From positions 1-64,000 of the IMG/VR virus record IMGVR_UViG_3300020579_000006: 64,000 nucleotides of DNA; one strand, given 5' to 3'. A program made the translations under genes and the position numbers. The notes below the pieces were generated by a model that worked only from the letters and a program-made list of their open reading frames with translations, was not told the DNA's origin and ran no database searches. This document shows positions 9,278 through 17,980 of this stretch, piece after piece (the first letter of the stretch is position 1; every line of letters starts with the position of its first letter). This DNA is from a virus.

Positions 9278-9705
9278 TAGTAAACATCTGGGTTTGCGTA
9301 CTTTCTTACAAACTTTTCAGGGTCTGAAATAAGCAGGTCAATTTTTCTGACCGCCTGTTTTACTCCTGCTTTTCCTGTCCATTTAGTCTGATTATCAGCA
9401 GAAAAAAGTGCATCTCCCTGCTTCACAGTCAAACCAAGCAACTTTCGAGCTTTTCTCCCAAAATCTATGTTATAAGTTTTTTGGATAATTTTATCCCATT
9501 TTGACTTTGGTTCGGTCAAGAACACTGCCCAACCTGCAATACAACCCTGGGTACCGCAGGCAGGGGGAGCCGCACCCTCGAATCCATCTTCCTTAGTTGC
9601 TTTATTAGCCCACCAACCTTGATAGTACCTTTTGGGTTCTTCAAGCAAGTGCTTCTTGACACGATTTAGTAACTTTACGTTCAATTTAATTGTTGCTTTT
9701 GCCAT
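9277..9705 (-). CDS. hypothetical phage protein (CGT.GCIAGW motif)
   Basis: AGGAG RBS; motif 'ACGTQGCIAGWAV' recurs in phage proteins. Confidence 0.65.
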   Translation of the reverse strand: MAKATIKLNVKLLNRVKKHLLEEPKRYYQGWWANKATKEDGFEGAAPPACGTQGCIAGWAVFLTEPKSKWDKIIQKTYNIDFGRKARKLLGLTVKQGDALFSADNQTKWTGKAGVKQAVRKIDLLISDPEKFVRKYANPDVY

Positions 9706-9731
9706 ACTTCTCCTTTATTTCGAGTTTTTAG

Positions 9732-10094
9732 TTACAGAGCCGGTGTAATCTCGTTATTTGGGTTTTCTACCCACCAAGCTTGTTGGTACTTTTCTCCACT
9801 TAATTGACCGTCTTGGACAGCCAAGATTAAGGCGACTTCATCTAGCATTTTTGCAGCTATCGCAGAAACTAAATAATTAGGACCGTGTACATAAAAATAC
9901 AGCCCGTTAAAATTCCGGTTTTGAAACGCTTCGTCCAGTTCCCGGACTGTGTAAGGGTTTAACTTCCAGTTCGGAAAACTCGCACTTAAATAAAAGGCCA
10001 ATCTCTCAGCAGGGGTTTTCTGCTTAACAGCGACCACCTGTATTTCCACTAATTTCTGTTTTTCTTGGAGGTATTCTTGCCATGTTTGAGTCAC
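9732..10094 (-). CDS. hypothetical protein
   Basis: Operon packing. Confidence 0.5.
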   Translation of the reverse strand: MTQTWQEYLQEKQKLVEIQVVAVKQKTPAERLAFYLSASFPNWKLNPYTVRELDEAFQNRNFNGLYFYVHGPNYLVSAIAAKMLDEVALILAVQDGQLSGEKYQQAWWVENPNNEITPAL

Positions 10095-10385
10095 AGTTGA
10101 GCCTTCTGGGCGAGAGCGGCGATGCGTCTTCCTCTACAGCCGCAGTAACCAGCGACAAATGTCTCCCTGCGTGTCTCGCACCGTTCGTCGTGAATGTCCC
10201 TTTGCGCTTGCGCCAGCGCCGCTTGGGCTTGCTGCCGGGTCACGAAGTTAGCCAATTTCACGCATTTGTCGCACAAGCAATTGAATGGCATTCCTTCGAT
10301 GTCATCCAAATGATTGTTGAATTCTCGCGCTGCTTGGAGCGCCAGCGCCGCCGCCCGTACCTCTTCGCTTGGCATCTTTTCCCTC

Positions 10386-12533
10386 CTATGCTTTCTTATA
10401 AACTTGAGCCTCAAACCCCTCTGCTCCAAGTGGAAAATCCATTCCCCACGAAGGCGGAGTTTTCATGCACTCAACTAACTGTTTGATGCCCAACCCCGAG
10501 TTTTGGTCTACTTCGCAAACAATTTCATCATGGAAATGGCCGACAATCGTAAAGCCCGTGTTATCAGCTAGTTGCATACCGTTTACTAACACATCGCGGC
10601 TAATTGCCTGAACAATGTTTTCAGTCAGTTTGCCGCCGTACGTATAAACCGGTCCCCAATTTGCTTTCGTGTCGATTGCGCCGACACCATGCCCAATTCC
10701 ATCGTACATGATAGAAGTTTGTGTGTAAGTTCTACCTTTTTTACTCGTTTTTTCTGTTTCGACGAGTCGGGCATTAATATAGTGCAAGTGCCGACCAGAA
10801 GGGAGCAAAATCCGCAAAATGAACTCTCCGTTAGCTCGGCGTTTACGGTCAAAAACTACAGGGCCAACCGGAACCTGACCGCCTTGTTTTAAGACGGTTT
10901 TTGCTGCCCGTTCTAAATTAGACCATAGTCCATAGTCATAATCCGCTATTTTTGGCCGTTTCTGTCTGAAAACTTGTATGGCGTCTCTGGCGAGTTCATA
11001 AGGAAGTTCTACACCCATGTTGAGAGCATATCCCATTAGACCAGTCCACCTAAGGTCGCCATACTGATTTAATTTAAGTTCGCCCACTCCTAATTCATAC
11101 CCGGCTCCTAAAACAGCCGGTTTCGAGTTTTGGCGCATTTCAGCCGCTTCTTTGTCTTTGGCTTTGTGAATTCCGTCCACTATGGTAGTAATATTCCAGT
11201 ATGGAATTCCATAAAGTTCTGTAGCAAAGTCTAAATACGGGCATTTTCCTTCTTTAAAAACGTTTAAAGTAAGTTCGCAACCCGCTACCCATCCCAAACC
11301 CCGATTCTCAATCGCGTTTAAATCGGCAATTACGAGTTTCTTCCCAGGAGACGCTTGGAAGGCCGAACGCAGGCAACTGGTGGTCATCCCTATAACAGAG
11401 CTAAATTCGCTCTCTGCGGCCTTGTAATCGGCCTTAGCGATGATTTCTAGCGCCCGGTCGTACTTCTTTTCGACTTCTTTCATCGGGCGGGTTAAATTCT
11501 GGACTTGGACACCTGTTCCGCTCCACCTACCGGTTCTCGCGGCACCTAAGTATAAAAACTGATTTCTTAGTCGTCCGTCAGAACTAACGAAATTATGTAG
11601 TTTTTCTAGTTTCTGGTAAGATTGTTTAGCCGCTTCTTGGCGGATTTTCAGAACTTCTCTGCCTAATTCAGTCAGTTTTGAGGTTTCAGACGACTCGTTT
11701 AGTGCTGAAACCACAAATTCTTTTTTTATGCTTCCGAAGTCATAGCCCTGGGTTTTTGCCCAAGCTAGAAATTGTTCGTTTGAATTCGGGTTTTCTAAAC
11801 CCGTCTTCTCCTTAATTCTAGTTAAAAGCTCGTTTTTAGCGCGACTTGCCATCGAAAACATATTTTCAGCAAATTCTCTGGCGGTCGGTAGCCCGGTTTC
11901 ATTGATTTTCTGGTCTAAATACCAGATTTTTTGTTCACTTTCCGGAATTAATAGCGATTTCATCCGGTTGAATAAAACCCGTTCTGAAACCACGTCCTGT
12001 TTACAATACTCGCAAAAAGCATCCCAATCTCGCGGATTGGTGTTCCAGTCCCTAAAATATGGCTGACTAGTCCCGAATAAAGTTTGTTCACCCCCAAGGT
12101 GGGCTGGATAGCAGAACATATTTTTAAGGCGGGTGCCATTCTTGTCTTTAGCCTCATCGGGTGCTAACCCGAGAATAGCACCGACCTTATCCAACCCACC
12201 GGGCAAACTAAGATATCTAGCTTGTACTTGTATGTCAAACCAAAACTCGATTGGTATATCTATTTTTAAGACGTGTCTAAAAATGTTAATTTCGAACGGG
12301 CAGTTCCATGCGAGTTTTTTCGTTTGAGGGTCTATTAACGCTTCGGCCAGTTTAGCAGGTAATTTCGCGCTAAGATGTGGCTGCCAGAGTTCTACCGGTT
12401 CCTCGTCCAAAGCCCATCCTAGCATTAAAACCCGCGTTGATGGATGTTTGGCATAATTATCCAAGCCGACAGTCTCAAGGTCAACTTCACTAGCTGTCTC
12501 GAAGTCTAAATATAAATTAGTCAATATTACCAA
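10386..12533 (-). CDS. family A DNA polymerase with 3'-5' exonuclease (Leu762 variant; start probably TTG at 12524)
   Basis: LDFET (ExoI), RTGRWSG..VQVQN, ADLNAIENR (motif A), RQNSKPAVLGAGY (motif B), HFHDEIV (motif C). Confidence 0.95.
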   Translation of the reverse strand: MVILTNLYLDFETASEVDLETVGLDNYAKHPSTRVLMLGWALDEEPVELWQPHLSAKLPAKLAEALIDPQTKKLAWNCPFEINIFRHVLKIDIPIEFWFDIQVQARYLSLPGGLDKVGAILGLAPDEAKDKNGTRLKNMFCYPAHLGGEQTLFGTSQPYFRDWNTNPRDWDAFCEYCKQDVVSERVLFNRMKSLLIPESEQKIWYLDQKINETGLPTAREFAENMFSMASRAKNELLTRIKEKTGLENPNSNEQFLAWAKTQGYDFGSIKKEFVVSALNESSETSKLTELGREVLKIRQEAAKQSYQKLEKLHNFVSSDGRLRNQFLYLGAARTGRWSGTGVQVQNLTRPMKEVEKKYDRALEIIAKADYKAAESEFSSVIGMTTSCLRSAFQASPGKKLVIADLNAIENRGLGWVAGCELTLNVFKEGKCPYLDFATELYGIPYWNITTIVDGIHKAKDKEAAEMRQNSKPAVLGAGYELGVGELKLNQYGDLRWTGLMGYALNMGVELPYELARDAIQVFRQKRPKIADYDYGLWSNLERAAKTVLKQGGQVPVGPVVFDRKRRANGEFILRILLPSGRHLHYINARLVETEKTSKKGRTYTQTSIMYDGIGHGVGAIDTKANWGPVYTYGGKLTENIVQAISRDVLVNGMQLADNTGFTIVGHFHDEIVCEVDQNSGLGIKQLVECMKTPPSWGMDFPLGAEGFEAQVYKKA

Positions 12534-13174
12534 CCACTAAACATTTTATCAAATGGTACATAAACTTGCACTTGAGTCCGTATTTCATCTTTTGGCGGTC
12601 TTTCGTTTCCAATTGTTAACCTTACAAACGCTCGCCAACCGTCTTTAGTAGCAGGCATACCCCGGTGAAAGTCTGTAGAAGTAAACCTATACAGAGTTTC
12701 AGATTTTACTACTGTTTTTGGCAAACCCGAACTTTCTATTACTTTATCGTAATAGCCATAAACAGTTCCGGTTTCGGGAGGTAATCCGAGTTGGGTTTCT
12801 CCGCTTAAAAACTCGGTTAAACTTGAATCTCCATACAAAGTCATAAAATGCGTAGAAAGATGTTCATTCAAATTCTTAATATCTGGCTGTTCTCCGGTTG
12901 GTCTGTAAAAATCGTCAAGATGCCAGCCAGGAATACAAGGCCACCAACCTTTTTTCAACATTGCTATTTTTACATCCAAAGATTCGTATTTATGTGGTGG
13001 AAGCCATGTACTTTTTACACTGTCTACAAACTCCTGGAGAGTCGGAGCGTGTTCCAGTGCAAATGGAATCGAGGCTCTATAGAGCATTGGAATCGTTCTA
13101 ACTTGGTTTTGAGAAATTGGTGATAGCGGGTTCATTTCTTCAAAACTGCCACCAAACCATCTTAATTCAGACAT
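12527..13174 (-). CDS. 2OG-Fe(II) dioxygenase-like protein
   Basis: PGWHLD (HxD), distal FHRG (H) and R.F.R; adjacent to the polymerase. Confidence 0.6.
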   Translation of the reverse strand: MSELRWFGGSFEEMNPLSPISQNQVRTIPMLYRASIPFALEHAPTLQEFVDSVKSTWLPPHKYESLDVKIAMLKKGWWPCIPGWHLDDFYRPTGEQPDIKNLNEHLSTHFMTLYGDSSLTEFLSGETQLGLPPETGTVYGYYDKVIESSGLPKTVVKSETLYRFTSTDFHRGMPATKDGWRAFVRLTIGNERPPKDEIRTQVQVYVPFDKMFSGW

Positions 13175-13376
13175 AGCCTTCTACTCCGCTATCCAATAGT
13201 TGCTCTATCCGCTTTCCGGACAGAGGTTCTTTCGGGTTTAACAGCCGGTAAAGTTCGGCAGCCAAGTCCGGGTTTTTCTGCAAATAAACCCGTATTTTAA
13301 TCATGCCACTCCTAAAATCCCGTCTAGCTGACTGTTCGGTACATCCGAGTTTTTTAGCGATATCAACGAATTCCAT
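13167..13376 (-). CDS. small HTH DNA-binding protein (sigma region-4-like)
   Basis: 'MEFVDIAKKLGCTEQSARRDFRSGMIKIR'; AGGAG RBS preceded immediately by the 15-bp motif. Confidence 0.7.
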   Translation of the reverse strand: MEFVDIAKKLGCTEQSARRDFRSGMIKIRVYLQKNPDLAAELYRLLNPKEPLSGKRIEQLLDSGVEGYV

Positions 13377-13419
13377 TGGTCTCCTGTTCAGTTTCCGGAT
13401 TTTAAAAACTCGAACTAAA

Positions 13420-13713
13420 CTACTTTCTCCTCCAAGGCTGTCTGTTATTAATCGGTCGGTAATTTTGACGATAGCGGGGGAACCTTTCGCGGATTCTTTG
13501 CCACAACTCGTCGTCGTCCAACCCGAAAATCCGTTCTATGACCGATTCAGTTCTTCCGCTATCCCGGTTACGCTGGATTATATTAAAAATTGCTTCGAGC
13601 GTGCCGCCTACTTTACGGATAATCACTTCCCCTCCAAAACATCTTGAGCGAATTTTATGGCTTTTTCCGCGTTTTGCGTTAACCCGAATTGGACTGCATA
13701 AGGAAGCAGCCAT
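13420..13713 (-). CDS. hypothetical protein
   Basis: ATG ORF flanked by 15-bp motifs. Confidence 0.45.
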   Translation of the reverse strand: MAASLCSPIRVNAKRGKSHKIRSRCFGGEVIIRKVGGTLEAIFNIIQRNRDSGRTESVIERIFGLDDDELWQRIRERFPRYRQNYRPINNRQPWRRK

Positions 13714-13780
13714 CTAACAGCTTTTTCGAGTTTTATTATGCGGTCGGTTTGGGTGTCCGGTTTCCGGACTTCTATGACGG

Positions 13781-14410
13781 TCATGGTTTTGGTCCTCTAC
13801 TTTGATACCGGTCTGGGTGCGAAATAAATTTCTGAAACTCGACCGGCATGTAATTAGTGTACTCAAGTGCAAACAGTCGTTGCCAAGGTTTTTTGAGCTT
13901 CGTAGGTTTGACTTTTATATTAATAGGACACTCGCGTTCGTGTTCGTCTCTTCCTAGCAAGTGCGGAATAGAACTACAGGTACAGATAAATTCTTTCTGG
14001 TTTTCAGCTACAAACCCGTCCCAAATGTTATGTAAATGACCGTGTAAATTTAGCTCGCAACCGTCAGCCAAGGAAGTGGACGGTTCGCGGGTAATCCAAC
14101 AATTTCTGAATTTCAGACCATCACAGGCGAAGTCAAACCCACCTTGGTCCATCCACCAAGAATTAGATTTAGCCCGGTCGTGGTTGCCGCGTATTAATAT
14201 CTTTCTTCCCGGCCACATTTTAACCATCCAAAGCCAATCTTCGGGTTTTGCGATTCCTACATCACCCATATGAATTAATGTAGTATCATCTCGAAGCGTG
14301 TTCATGCAGTTTTTATGTTTTTCTAATTCCGTAAAATTTGACGGTCTCTGGCAGTAAGTTTTCATTTTCTCGTGTTTCAGGTGAGAATCTGCCATTAAAT
14401 AAAAATCCAT
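13781..14410 (-). CDS. calcineurin-like metallophosphoesterase
   Basis: ADSH, HMGD, RGNHD, HGHLH; likely start MDFYL at 14410. Confidence 0.85.
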   Translation of the reverse strand: MDFYLMADSHLKHEKMKTYCQRPSNFTELEKHKNCMNTLRDDTTLIHMGDVGIAKPEDWLWMVKMWPGRKILIRGNHDRAKSNSWWMDQGGFDFACDGLKFRNCWITREPSTSLADGCELNLHGHLHNIWDGFVAENQKEFICTCSSIPHLLGRDEHERECPINIKVKPTKLKKPWQRLFALEYTNYMPVEFQKFISHPDRYQSRGPKP

Positions 14411-14445
14411 TTTTCCCTCTTCGATGTAACCGTCATACCAATCTT

Positions 14446-14763
14446 TTATTCGATGTTCCAAGTGTGTCCGTCTCTACAACTCAATTTCTTAGAACCACAT
14501 TGTGGGCATTGAGGTACTTTCTGAATTCTTCGAATTGCTTCTTCTACAGGTCCGGGTTTCAGATATTCAGATTGTTTTGAGTCTATAGCGTCTGCAATCG
14601 CTCTTAATAATCCAGAAGCTCCGTTAGAACGAAGATGCTCATCTATTTTGCCTGCCCAAATTTGTTGATGGTTTACTCCAACCCAAACATCATATTTAGC
14701 AAACCCTTTTTCATCTGAAAGTTTGCCGTCTCCCGCGATATTTCCGGCGGTCAGTATTAGCAT
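14446..14763 (-). CDS. hypothetical Zn-finger protein
   Basis: ATG at 14763 with GGAGG; C-terminal CPQC..C..H. Confidence 0.5.
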   Translation of the reverse strand: MLILTAGNIAGDGKLSDEKGFAKYDVWVGVNHQQIWAGKIDEHLRSNGASGLLRAIADAIDSKQSEYLKPGPVEEAIRRIQKVPQCPQCGSKKLSCRDGHTWNIE

Positions 14764-14945
14764 TATTCCTCCGAATGTGGACAAAAACCCGCATCTAAAC
14801 ATCTTTCCTGACAGTCATGGTCACGGCGGCAGTTACCTGTACAGTTTCCGGACTTTTTGTTAATATCTGCTGCTCCAATTATAATCATTAAACCCACCAC
14901 AATTATGGCGAAAATTCCGAATAGAACCCGTTCTTTTAGTGTCAC
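14763..14945 (-). CDS. small membrane-anchored Cys-rich protein
   Basis: TM helix plus five cysteines. Confidence 0.5.
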   Translation of the reverse strand: MTLKERVLFGIFAIIVVGLMIIIGAADINKKSGNCTGNCRRDHDCQERCLDAGFCPHSEE

Positions 14946-15418
14946 AAAACCTCCTGAAACCTGTCTTTAAGATTGTGGATACCCCTGAACCGGTTGGCTT
15001 TTCTGCTTCCCCGGTTTTCAGAACCGATAGACTCGCCAATAGTCCACAAAAGGACTTCTTTTCTCTGTTTAGGTGCGAGTTTTAAGATTAAATTAACCGC
15101 TTTTTGCTTAATTTCTTTTCTGAAAGCGAGTTTTTCAGGATTAAACTCGAATTTCTGAATGTTCTGAATTTCTTCTATTGGCAATAAAAGTCGAGTTTTC
15201 TGCTTTCTTAAAAACATTAGAGCTTGATTTTCAGCAATCTTGTAAAACCACGTAGAAAACCGGGACTTACCCTCGAATTTATAGAGCTTTCTCCACGCCT
15301 GCAAACTCGCATTTTGTAAAACATCTTCTACATCGTTGGGAAACCCCGAAAGAATATTCCTTACTTTTGGTCGCGCTATTTCAATCGCAGTTTTTATCTC
15401 GTCTTCGAAGTTAATCAA
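14942..15418 (-). CDS. ECF-type RNA polymerase sigma factor
   Basis: 'DVEDVLQNASLQAWRKLYKFEGKSRFSTWFYKIAENQALMFLRK' (sigma-70 region 2, RpoE-like). Confidence 0.88.
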   Translation of the reverse strand: MINFEDEIKTAIEIARPKVRNILSGFPNDVEDVLQNASLQAWRKLYKFEGKSRFSTWFYKIAENQALMFLRKQKTRLLLPIEEIQNIQKFEFNPEKLAFRKEIKQKAVNLILKLAPKQRKEVLLWTIGESIGSENRGSRKANRFRGIHNLKDRFQEVL

Positions 15419-15705
15419 TTAGATACTCCCGCATAAACCAAACCACCGATTAAAAACCCGCCAATAACAGCCATAATAATATTACCCGGCCAATCTGCGG
15501 GTGTAGACAACCCAAAAATAACCATTCCGGTTACAACTCCTAAACCAATAGCTGCCCGTTTTGCTCGTCTATTTTCCGGACGTTCGGGTTTCCAAGGGTT
15601 TCCGTTGGAATAAAGCATCAAAAAACCCGCTTGTTTATAGCTCAGGGTCAATGGGTTTTTCCTTGTTTTTAGCAATTTCTTGGGCGAAGGCAGCTTCGTC
15701 TTCAA
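15415..15705 (-). CDS. membrane protein
   Basis: Two C-terminal TM segments. Confidence 0.5.
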   Translation of the reverse strand: MKTKLPSPKKLLKTRKNPLTLSYKQAGFLMLYSNGNPWKPERPENRRAKRAAIGLGVVTGMVIFGLSTPADWPGNIIMAVIGGFLIGGLVYAGVSN

Positions 15706-15780
15706 TTTCAGACAGTTCTTCTAACCGTTTTTGCTCTTTTTCGTTCAAAACTACTAATTCGTCAATTCCCCACATAGTTT

Positions 15781-16461
15781 TTATCCCTCTTCTCTTAGGT
15801 TTTTCAGACAGTCATCGAAACTCGACAAAATCTTGCCATCCGGGGTTTTTGTTTCAGCTTGCCGGATTATTTCTTGACCGACTTCTACGAGTTTTTTAAT
15901 ACGGTCAAGTACAGTCGAATCTCCGGTTTTTAGATTTTTAGAAAACCCGTAATTATATGTGTAGTATGCAGGATTTGTTTTCAGAGCTTTTTCATCCGCG
16001 AAAATATCGGGCATTTTTGGCAGCGCCCAAGTTGTGTAATATTTACTTGGTTTGGGCGCACCTTCTAGAATTTCAACCGCTTTTTTAATATCGTTTTTGC
16101 TTAGTGGCGGGTTGCCCGAACAACCCCAATCTTGTACAGTTTCCGGACTTTGTAGGCCGGTCGGGTTAATAACAATTTTGTTTTCAGTTTGTTTTTTCTG
16201 AAAATATGCATATCCCCGTACGTGGTTTTCACAGACAACAAATGGAAATTTTCCGCAGTAGTTTACTATTTCGTAAAGCCAGCCAAAATGGTCATCGAAT
16301 TTGCCATTCCCACCCAGGAATTTTTCATTACAGACAATGTTCGATTTGATTTTTTCGGGTTTTTGTGGGACCTCGTTTTTAGGACAGTAGTCACATTTAA
16401 TGCAACTGTTTAACCCGTGAAATTTACACGGAGGACCCGTAAACTCATGAAAACAAGCCAC
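15781..16461 (-). CDS. hypothetical protein (N-terminal Cys cluster)
   Basis: 226-aa ORF in operon. Confidence 0.55.
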   Translation of the reverse strand: MACFHEFTGPPCKFHGLNSCIKCDYCPKNEVPQKPEKIKSNIVCNEKFLGGNGKFDDHFGWLYEIVNYCGKFPFVVCENHVRGYAYFQKKQTENKIVINPTGLQSPETVQDWGCSGNPPLSKNDIKKAVEILEGAPKPSKYYTTWALPKMPDIFADEKALKTNPAYYTYNYGFSKNLKTGDSTVLDRIKKLVEVGQEIIRQAETKTPDGKILSSFDDCLKNLREEG

Positions 16462-16749
16462 TTAGATTATCTCCACTTCTACCTCAGTTCGGGTTATAAG
16501 TACGGATTTTTGTTCATTCGAGTTTTTCAGAAATTCAGCAAAAGTCCTAACTTTACTGTAGTTAGGATGGGGACCGTCGCCCCATTCTCTGTCTAAGATA
16601 ACCTCAATTACGAGCGATTTCTCTGACTGTCCTTCAAAAAACCCGTCAGTCATGTAAATAGTCGTCCCGTCGAAATAAAACTTTACAAGGTTTTTAATAC
16701 CATCTACGTTCTTTGCCTCTGTGTATATGCGATAACAAGTTTTGTTCAT
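16462..16749 (-). CDS. hypothetical protein (PII/DUF3574-like fold possible)
   Basis: 'G.T.....G.F.GQSEKSLVIEV...NEQKSVL'. Confidence 0.55.
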   Translation of the reverse strand: MNKTCYRIYTEAKNVDGIKNLVKFYFDGTTIYMTDGFFEGQSEKSLVIEVILDREWGDGPHPNYSKVRTFAEFLKNSNEQKSVLITRTEVEVEII

Positions 16750-16850
16750 TTTCCGGACTCCAAAAACTCGTATTTACTACTGGTTTGATGGTATCCATTT
16801 CGTTTTAGATACCATCTAATTATCGGGTTTTTTAAAAAACTGGAGAGAAC

Positions 16851-17093
16851 ATGCAATTCAAAGACATAGCAGGTAATAAATTAGAAATTGGGGATACAGT
16901 AAGCCTTGCAGTTGGCTCGGAGCTTGGCGCGGGAACCGTAGTCGCCGTAAACACCGGAATAGGACTAGAAGCAAGCCAGCCGTATATTACGATTCAGATT
17001 AATGTAGTTAAGCAGGCTTTTCCTAATGGGATAGTGCCTCAAATTCTGGCTGTCCGAAAACCGGACATTTCTAAAGCCATTATTGACGTTTAG
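16851..17093 (+). CDS. hypothetical protein (counter-oriented in left arm)
   Basis: GGAG RBS; 'KDIAGNKLEIGDTV' SH3-like start. Confidence 0.65.
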   Translation: MQFKDIAGNKLEIGDTVSLAVGSELGAGTVVAVNTGIGLEASQPYITIQINVVKQAFPNGIVPQILAVRKPDISKAIIDV

Positions 17094-17440
17094 AGACCAA
17101 AAGGAATAATCCGACCGTCAAGGTAGTGGATGTAGCCGTTAGGTCCATTTTTAATCCACTTAATTGACAAACCTTTTCCCTCAAATACGGAGCTAGCTAC
17201 AACTTCCTCGCCGTATTTTTCAGGTTTTTCTGTGCCTTCGTAAGCACGGTACCACCGGTCTCCGCAGCAACCACAATCCATGTCATCGGATACACCGTCA
17301 AAATATAAGCCAATTTCCTCGGCTCGAAGGTTTGCGTCCGTAGCATTAGCAGCTTCGATAATAACATCGCAAGAAATACCCTTCTTGGCGTCAAAAGTAA
17401 AATCACCCCCAGAGTTATTTTGGTCGTAAGTAAAAAACAT
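17090..17440 (-). CDS. conserved phage protein (QNNSGG...DCGCCGDRW)
   Basis: Recognisable phage motif 'F.TYDQNNSGG.F...IGLYFDG...DCxCCGDRW'. Confidence 0.7.
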   Translation of the reverse strand: MFFTYDQNNSGGDFTFDAKKGISCDVIIEAANATDANLRAEEIGLYFDGVSDDMDCGCCGDRWYRAYEGTEKPEKYGEEVVASSVFEGKGLSIKWIKNGPNGYIHYLDGRIIPFGL

Positions 17441-17576
17441 TATTTTATACCTTCCTTCCAAAGCAGATTTAATTCATCCATTGTCTTACCCAAAGCTAAA
17501 CACCAGCTTATTAAACCGGGCTGAGGGTCGTCAAGAAGTTGGTTAAGCAGTCTAACTTTTTCTTTCAGTAGTTCAA

Positions 17577-17765
17577 TCATCGTAACTCCAGTATTTTTTC
17601 TACTTGCTCAAAAGGAACGGTCAGGACAAAAGGGCTGAATTCCGAGTTTTTACGGGCAGGATGATAGTGAACCCGTTTAATAAATTCGAGTTTTTCCAGC
17701 CGTTTAATCTGGCCGTCTGTTAAATAAACTCGTGCTCCATCTTGGATTATATACGGGTTTTTCAT
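17577..17765 (-). CDS. hypothetical protein
   Basis: Operon packing. Confidence 0.45.
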   Translation of the reverse strand: MKNPYIIQDGARVYLTDGQIKRLEKLEFIKRVHYHPARKNSEFSPFVLTVPFEQVEKILELR

Positions 17766-17767
17766 GT

Positions 17768-17980
17768 TCAGTTTCCGGATATTTTTCGAAATGAGATAAT
17801 AAACCGGAGAGTTTCTAAGTCTGTTGGATTCCAGTTATCATCTCTTTGACCTAAAGTGTCGCCCGCTAACTCAACTTCTTGAGATTCTGGGTCAACTTTC
17901 TTCCACAGCTTAGTTACCAAAGTACTAAGCTTGTCTTCTGTTTTCTGAATGTTTTTCAGAAGTGCTTTAGTCCCATTCAC
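17768..17980 (-). CDS. hypothetical protein
   Basis: Operon packing; GGAGG RBS. Confidence 0.5.
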   Translation of the reverse strand: MNGTKALLKNIQKTEDKLSTLVTKLWKKVDPESQEVELAGDTLGQRDDNWNPTDLETLRFIISFRKISGN

